A stretch of DNA of 64,000 nt from the NCBI GenBank assembly GCA_012514635.1, contig JAAYZX010000007.1:23735-87734 (forward strand), in the 5' to 3' direction. Position 1 is the first letter of the stretch, and each line of letters opens with the position of its first letter. This document shows positions 59,701-64,000 of this stretch, piece after piece. Origin of the DNA: Actinomycetota bacterium (GTDB taxonomy: Bacteria > Actinomycetota > Thermoleophilia > RBG-16-64-13). The translations under genes were made by a program, and so were the position numbers. The notes beneath the pieces were generated by a model. The model had not been told where the DNA came from and did no database searches. It saw only the letters and a list, made by a program, of their open reading frames with translations.

Positions 59701-60437
59701 GTAGACGCCGTGCCGCTCTCGGCCCGGTCAATCCTCTGGCCGACCGCGAATATCGGGAAACTGCGGAGCGACTGTCGTTCTTAGTGGAGCAACGAAAAGA
59801 TCTTGAAGACTCTTTGACGGAGTTGGGGCGCATTATCAGCGATCTCGATACTCATGTGGCTAGGGAGTTTGCTGAGTTCTTCGAGGAAACCCGGCGCAAC
59901 TTTGGAGAGATGGTGGCTGTCTTGTTCCCGGGGGGTAAGGGGGAGCTGAGGTTGGAGGAGCAGCCTGAGCCACCCCAGCCTGAGCCACCCGGTGCCGAAT
60001 ATGAAGGTGTTGTTGAGGAAGGAGAGACCGGGGTTCGTCGCAAAGTTGCCGGAGTTGAAGTGGTGATCAAGTTGCCGCAGAAGGCTCCGCGCATATTGAC
60101 CCTGCTTTCGGGCGGGGAGAAAGCGCTGGCAGCCATCGCCTTCCTTTTCGCCCTGTTCCTGGCGCGACCGTGCCCCTTCTACATCCTTGATGAGGTGGAA
60201 GCGGCGCTTGATGACATTAACATAGGACGCTTCCTATCGTTAGTGCGGAGGTATCAGGACCGGACGCAGTTCATCATCATCACGCACCAGCGACGCACAA
60301 TGGAGATCGCCGACACGCTGTATGGAGTGGCCATGGGGGGTGACGGGGTCTCACGCGTGTTGTCCCGACGATTGACCGGGGGACGAAGCGAGGAAGAGCG
60401 GCCGGCGGAAGAACCGGTTCAACAACGGAGGATATAA
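56733..60437 (+). CDS. smc: Chromosome partition protein SMC
   Basis: Walker A GPNGSGKSN, long coiled coils with hinge, C-terminal LSGGEKAL and Walker B ILDEVEAALD. 1234 aa. GTG start overlaps the rnc stop by 1 nt. Confidence 0.9.
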   Translation: MAFLKALNLRGFKTFSRSTELRFEPGVTVIIGPNGSGKSNLADAVLWALGEQSPGTLRGKAMQDVIFAGSDGHRPSHLAEVRLLFENSSGAFPGGFAEVEVTRRLSREGHSEYLVNGVPRRLLDVQELCAAVGLGREMHSIISQGRVEELLSSSSIARRALVEEAAGLALLKKRRERSAAKLERVGADLARVTDIEREVRNALRPLKQQASTAERHLDLSERIAGLEALLLLREIARLEARQKRLAHDATTKIQERNQAEQALAELRRHRENEERGFTQALAAREAQGMALNVIQSGARRLHERRQDILQRVARNEAELARLERREAVLAADFADVEERLQALGEPTGWSTGRLSIVRRQGDLVAAQLEQLRPRLASGRAEEDAQKDRIFDLEGRKSRDRQKIELLRREVGELRRRRAQMVEKVSVAGDDVTKLQEEVADISARREEAAAAAEAAAASSRQAAAASHAARQVLSEAKASLRRAEEGCADLQGRLGIAQRAVERREGLPAAARDLLAGRSSACLLIEMLEVQAGFERAVSAILGPLAEAVVVQESVSASVLASTQGAIELVGLETLLPDGEGGSSAAGDTSGSRTEWADPDHRSTEAPDGVWALWDVVNVPEPLAGTLRTLLPEAFIVDDLSHKTLLADSAMRVTGTLIATRAGELLRGGVHGARRVSAGPEALLLARRSVKELQIGAAEAERQVAQARTALVEGEKAVSETHRVREKEERNVKAARGLVAQTEEKLGSLQRRLVEISESAERLRMENEHLVAAENELTEEIEKLTESLKITDRGLSESRDGLRLERDRLQQLGVTVAYLEEKRAQAGVLEARLVERQKAHMAEVARVERDRARLRGQLKALNERHRALTTALPVVRELLHVVEELGEIVEERAVQAEAGMAASKETTAAFAEALRQMADRESELQRRHTDTGEALVELQVERARVEDDLKDSQESLEGLKQRHLSPRAITREEAEAVAVETATASLDQLRRRRAALGPVNPLADREYRETAERLSFLVEQRKDLEDSLTELGRIISDLDTHVAREFAEFFEETRRNFGEMVAVLFPGGKGELRLEEQPEPPQPEPPGAEYEGVVEEGETGVRRKVAGVEVVIKLPQKAPRILTLLSGGEKALAAIAFLFALFLARPCPFYILDEVEAALDDINIGRFLSLVRRYQDRTQFIIITHQRRTMEIADTLYGVAMGGDGVSRVLSRRLTGGRSEEERPAEEPVQQRRI

Positions 60438-60438
60438 C

Positions 60439-61446
60439 GTGTCGTACAACTGGTCTGAGGTGTTCGTGGGCGTGTCGCCGACTGCGGAGGTGGAGCCTGC
60501 GGCGGCCCGCGAGGAGGGTCGCAAGGGCTGGTTTCGCAGCCTCAAAGAAGGTCTCTCGCGGAGCACCAAGGCTCTGGCCCAGCAGCTATCCGCCATCTTG
60601 GTGGATCGCATAGACGAAGATGCCTGGGAGCGCATTGAAGAGGCGCTCATTGGTGCGGATATAGGTGTGAGTAGTACGGTCGCTATTGTGGAAAAGCTGG
60701 AACAGATGGCGGACGCCGGAGAGGTCAGAGGGCCGGCTGAGCTTGTGGCTGCATTGCGTCGGGTTACAGCTGAGCTCTTCTCCACCAAAGACACGCGCAT
60801 CGATGTGGCGCATTCACCTGCCGTCATCCTGATGACGGGCGTGAACGGCACCGGTAAGACTACCACTATCGGCAAAATTGCCTGGCATCTGAAGAACGTA
60901 GGTAAGCAGCCGCTACTGGTGGCGGCGGACACATTTCGTGCTGCGGCGGTAGAGCAACTGGTGGAATGGGGCAGACGAGTGGACGTGGATGTCATCCATC
61001 AGGATCGGGGGAGCGATCCGGGGGCGGTGGTGTTCGACGGGCTGAGTGCCGCCATGGCGCGGGGCAGCGACGTGGTCATTATTGACACCGCCGGCAGACT
61101 GCACACCCAGGTCAACCTCATGCGCGAGTTGGAGAAGATGGTACGGGTCATTCGGAAACAGGTTACCGATGCTCCGCATGAGACATTGATTACCATCGAT
61201 GCCACTACCGGGCAGAATGGACTGGTGCAGGCTCGGCTGTTCAGGGAGGCTGTGGGAGTAACCGGTGTGGTGCTCACCAAGATGGACGGCACGGCCAAAG
61301 GCGGCATCGCCGTTGCCGTGTCTCACGAGTTGGACCTCCCTATCAAGCTTATCGGTGTGGGAGAGAAGATGACCGATCTACAGCCATTCGACGCCGCGGG
61401 CTTCACGGAGTTGCTCTTCTCGGATGAAATCTTGAAGGCTTCCTAG
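60439..61446 (+). CDS. ftsY: Signal recognition particle receptor FtsY
   Basis: NG domain GVNGTGKTTTIGKIA, DTAGR, TKMDGTAKGG motifs. Short N-terminus. GTG start. Confidence 0.9.
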   Translation: MSYNWSEVFVGVSPTAEVEPAAAREEGRKGWFRSLKEGLSRSTKALAQQLSAILVDRIDEDAWERIEEALIGADIGVSSTVAIVEKLEQMADAGEVRGPAELVAALRRVTAELFSTKDTRIDVAHSPAVILMTGVNGTGKTTTIGKIAWHLKNVGKQPLLVAADTFRAAAVEQLVEWGRRVDVDVIHQDRGSDPGAVVFDGLSAAMARGSDVVIIDTAGRLHTQVNLMRELEKMVRVIRKQVTDAPHETLITIDATTGQNGLVQARLFREAVGVTGVVLTKMDGTAKGGIAVAVSHELDLPIKLIGVGEKMTDLQPFDAAGFTELLFSDEILKAS

Positions 61447-61577
61447 TGTTCTGAGCAGTCAAGAAGTAGTTGTTGCGCTCCAGTCACCCGGCTGATGTGA
61501 CGCAGGTGGAAACGGTTCTGGGCGAGGGCTATAATCATGTCTGCGGCTTCCGGCTCGGTAAGGCGGTCGCTGCGTAG

Positions 61578-61684
61578 GATGAGATAGTTGCTGGGGGAGC
61601 GCTTGGCGCTGAGAGTGTGGTTCGGCCACTGACCCCGCGAACCTGATCTGGGTAATGCCAGCGAAGGGAAGCGAATGGGAAGCT
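61578..61684 (+). ncRNA. TPP (THI-box) riboswitch
   Basis: CUGGGGGAGCGC...GCUGAGAG...GACCC...GAACCUGAUCUGGGUAAUGCCAGCGAAGGGAA matches the conserved TPP aptamer core. A TATAAT lies at 61534-61539. A thiamine ABC operon follows. Confidence 0.75.
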
Positions 61685-61691
61685 CCAGAAG

Positions 61692-61723
61692 CCAAGGCGC
61701 CTGTGTTGGCGCCTTTTGTCGTT
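61692..61723 (+). terminator. Riboswitch expression-platform terminator
   Basis: AAGGCGCC-TGTGTT-GGCGCCTT followed by TTGTCGTT, immediately after the aptamer. Confidence 0.5.
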
Positions 61724-61902
61724 CAGCGTCCCTTCCCAATTGGTCTACTCGGGCACGAGGATTCAAGGGAGGCGGATTTTGGAGGCAGTTGTAGTGGCCG
61801 CCTCCGCTTTGGTCATGTTGGCGCCGCTACTTCTCTGGCCACGTCCTCTGGCGAAAGAGTCGCTCAGATCCAATGAACAAGCAAAGCACAAAGGGGGCAG
61901 GA

Positions 61903-63012
61903 ATGAGTAGGCAACCTTCAAGACGCACTCTTCCTTCGGCGTCGCCGATGGTTGCGACTTTGCTGGCGGTGGTCCTGCTTGCTGCGGGTTGCGGCGGCGG
62001 CGGGGGGGTGGCAACTTCGAGTGCCTCCGCGGAAAAGAGCGGCGAGGTGGTGCTGATGACGCATGACTCCTTCGCGCTGCCCGACACCGTCATGGCTGCA
62101 TTCCGACAGGAAACGGGCTTGGAACTGCGGGTGCTGAAATCCGGTGACGCCGGCTCGATGCTGAACCAAGCCATTCTCACCAAAGATAATCCGATGGCGG
62201 ATGTAATATTCGGTGTGGACAACACCTTTCTCTCTCGAGCGCTGGACGAGGACATCTTCTCCGTGTATGTGTCCGGCTCCCTGGCCGACGTGCCCGACGA
62301 ATTCGAGCTCGATCCGGAGCATCGGGTAACGCCTGTTGACTACGGCGACGTTTGTCTGAACTATGACAAAGAAGTGATCGGTACCGTAGATCTCCCTCTC
62401 CCGGCGACCCTCGCAGACCTCACCCGACCGGAGTATAAGGGGTTGTTGGTCGTTCAGAATCCGGCCACTTCGTCTCCTGGCCTGGCCTTCCTGCTTGCCA
62501 CGATCGCCGAATTCGGGGAGAGCGGGGACTACCCCTGGCAGCAGTTCTGGCGGGACCTGATGGCAAACGATGTCCTGGTGGTATCCGGCTGGGAGGAAGC
62601 CTACTACTCCGAGTTTTCGGGCGGAGCCGGTGAAGGAGACCGGCCGCTGGTGGTCTCGTATGCCTCTTCGCCTCCGGCTGAAGCAATCTTCGCGGAAACG
62701 CCGCTCACGGAGGCCTCCACCGGCGTTGTTCCTGCGGGTGCCTTTCGCCATATCGAGTTTGCCGCCATCCTCAAGGGAGCGCGCAATCCCTCTGGGGCTG
62801 AGAAACTGATCGACTTCATGTTGAGCATCTCTTTCCAGGAGGCAATTCCGGAAAGTATGTTCGTCTTCCCCGTGAACCAGAACGCTGAGCTGCCGGACAC
62901 ATTTACTAGGTTTACAACTATCCCCGATAACCCGGTGAAGATGGACTACGAATCCATAGGGCATAATCGGGAGCGGTGGATTCGGGAGTGGACCGAAATC
63001 GCAATCGGCTGA
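61903..63012 (+). CDS. thiB: Thiamine ABC transporter substrate-binding lipoprotein
   Basis: Lipobox LLAAGC plus Gly-rich linker. ThiB/TbpA-family similarity. AAGGGGG RBS before the ATG at 61903 (the track ORF start at 61873 has no RBS). Confidence 0.8.
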   Translation: MSRQPSRRTLPSASPMVATLLAVVLLAAGCGGGGGVATSSASAEKSGEVVLMTHDSFALPDTVMAAFRQETGLELRVLKSGDAGSMLNQAILTKDNPMADVIFGVDNTFLSRALDEDIFSVYVSGSLADVPDEFELDPEHRVTPVDYGDVCLNYDKEVIGTVDLPLPATLADLTRPEYKGLLVVQNPATSSPGLAFLLATIAEFGESGDYPWQQFWRDLMANDVLVVSGWEEAYYSEFSGGAGEGDRPLVVSYASSPPAEAIFAETPLTEASTGVVPAGAFRHIEFAAILKGARNPSGAEKLIDFMLSISFQEAIPESMFVFPVNQNAELPDTFTRFTTIPDNPVKMDYESIGHNRERWIREWTEIAIG

Positions 63013-63023
63013 CCCGTCTGCCG

Positions 63024-64000
63024 GTGCGGCGTCTGGCTCTGGCCGTTGCGCCGGCGCTATTCCTCGGGTTTTTCTTCGTCTATCCGCTGGTTAGAATCCT
63101 GCAGGCGAGCCTGGCTCCGAGTGGTTGTCTCGACCTGGCTGCCGTGGCAGAAGTATTCACTCGGGGATCGTTGCGGCAGGTAGTGTGGTTTACGCTCTGG
63201 CAGGCGACTGTTTCCACGATCCTGACCGTGGTGGTGGCGCTTCCGGCCGCCTGGGTGTTCGCCCGCTTCAAGTTCCCCGGACGCGATCTTCTTAGAGCCG
63301 GCCTCACTATTCCTTTTGTTCTCCCCACCGTGGTAGTGGGGGCTGCTTTCCTGGCCCTACTCGGGCCATCGGGACCACTGGGGGTGGATCTTCGCCGCAC
63401 CATCTGGGCCATCCTGATAGCCCATGTGTTCTACAACTACGCTGTGATTGTGCGCACGGTAGGAGGACTCTGGGCCCACCTAGATCCACGTTTGGAGGAG
63501 GCTTCGCGGACCCTGGGGGCAGGTCGCGTCAGAACCTTCTGTGAGGTTACGCTACCTCTGCTCAGTCCGGCTTTGGCGGCAGCCTCGTCAATGGTGTTTC
63601 TTTTTACCGCCACTTCCTTCGGGGTTGTGCTCATCCTGGGCGGACTTAGTTATGCCACCATAGAAGTGGAGATCTGGCGTCAGACCACCAGCTTTCTCAA
63701 CCTGGCGGTTGCCGGGGCTTTGGCAGTGGTCCAACTTGTGCTGGTAGGGGGTATTTTGTGGCTCTACTCCCGTTATCAGGAGCGGGTTACGGTGCAGCAA
63801 CCATTACGGGCGGCGGCGGATACCGCACGCCGCCCGCAGACCTGGCGGGAGCGGGCTATCGTTGGAGGGGTAATAGTCTTCACCGGAGTATTTCTGGGGG
63901 GGCCGCTTCTGCTCCTGGTCGAGAGATCACTTCGGACGGTTGGAGGCTACGGCTTCGACCACTACCGCACGCTGCTACAGGGCGGCGGCGGAGCACTTGT
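63024..64000 (+). CDS. thiP: Thiamine ABC transporter permease (partial, runs off the window end)
   Basis: Open frame from the GTG at 63024 to the window end. ABC permease EAA-like motif LEEASRTLGAG...TLPLLSPAL. Multiple TM helices. Not in the track because no stop is reached. Confidence 0.7.
   Translation, partial: MRRLALAVAPALFLGFFFVYPLVRILQASLAPSGCLDLAAVAEVFTRGSLRQVVWFTLWQATVSTILTVVVALPAAWVFARFKFPGRDLLRAGLTIPFVLPTVVVGAAFLALLGPSGPLGVDLRRTIWAILIAHVFYNYAVIVRTVGGLWAHLDPRLEEASRTLGAGRVRTFCEVTLPLLSPALAAASSMVFLFTATSFGVVLILGGLSYATIEVEIWRQTTSFLNLAVAGALAVVQLVLVGGILWLYSRYQERVTVQQPLRAAADTARRPQTWRERAIVGGVIVFTGVFLGGPLLLLVERSLRTVGGYGFDHYRTLLQGGGGAL

Noticed and set aside
1-64000. CRISPR arrays, rRNA and tRNA genes
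   Set aside because: No regularly spaced direct repeats and no tRNA-like or rRNA-like segments were recognised in any intergenic region. All sizeable intergenic gaps were read through.

Overview
High-GC (~65%) bacterial chromosomal window, densely coding, with Shine-Dalgarno-type RBSs and frequent GTG/TTG starts. No rRNA, tRNA, CRISPR array, transposase or integrase was recognised.

Backbone: an oxidative pentose-phosphate operon (zwf-opcA-pgl) followed by a fragmented pyrimidine operon. The order is pyrR | methyltransferase-like gene and small membrane gene | pyrB-pyrC-carA | ~35.8 kb of unrelated genes | carB-pyrK-pyrD. This runs directly into an actinobacterial-style mIHF-like-gmk-rpoZ-coaBC block. 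After that come sigA (minus strand), plsX-acpP-rnc-smc-ftsY, and a TPP-riboswitch-controlled thiB-thiP thiamine ABC operon that runs off the window end.

Three near-identical PyrR-binding boxes (UCCAGAGAGGCC-GGAAGG type) sit directly on the RBSs of pyrB, pyrC and carB.

The 35.8 kb segment between carA and carB contains:
- a peroxiredoxin (Bcp/PrxQ type) whose catalytic Cys codon is an in-frame TGA followed by a SECIS-like hairpin, i.e. a candidate selenoprotein;
- carboxylesterase, adenine deaminase and an AlkD-like gene;
- a YqeC-YgfJ (MocA-like) fusion, a frameshifted XdhC and a YqeB-like protein, which are the accessory markers of selenium-dependent molybdenum hydroxylases, with no hydroxylase subunits in the window;
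- an ACT / LivKHMGF / PaaK-type aryl-CoA ligase / thioesterase cluster;
- otsBA, an SDR, a 378-aa crotonase (possibly BamA/Oah-like) and nfnAB;
- YjbQ, an FAH-family hydrolase and a GntR regulator;
- a short divergent thymidylate-synthase-fold protein next to a flavin-reductase-like protein;
- a PLP aminotransferase, a truncated ktrB remnant with an intact ktrA, a polysaccharide deacetylase, gdh and an MFS exporter.

Many long antisense ORFs in the track are GC-frame shadows and were not called.
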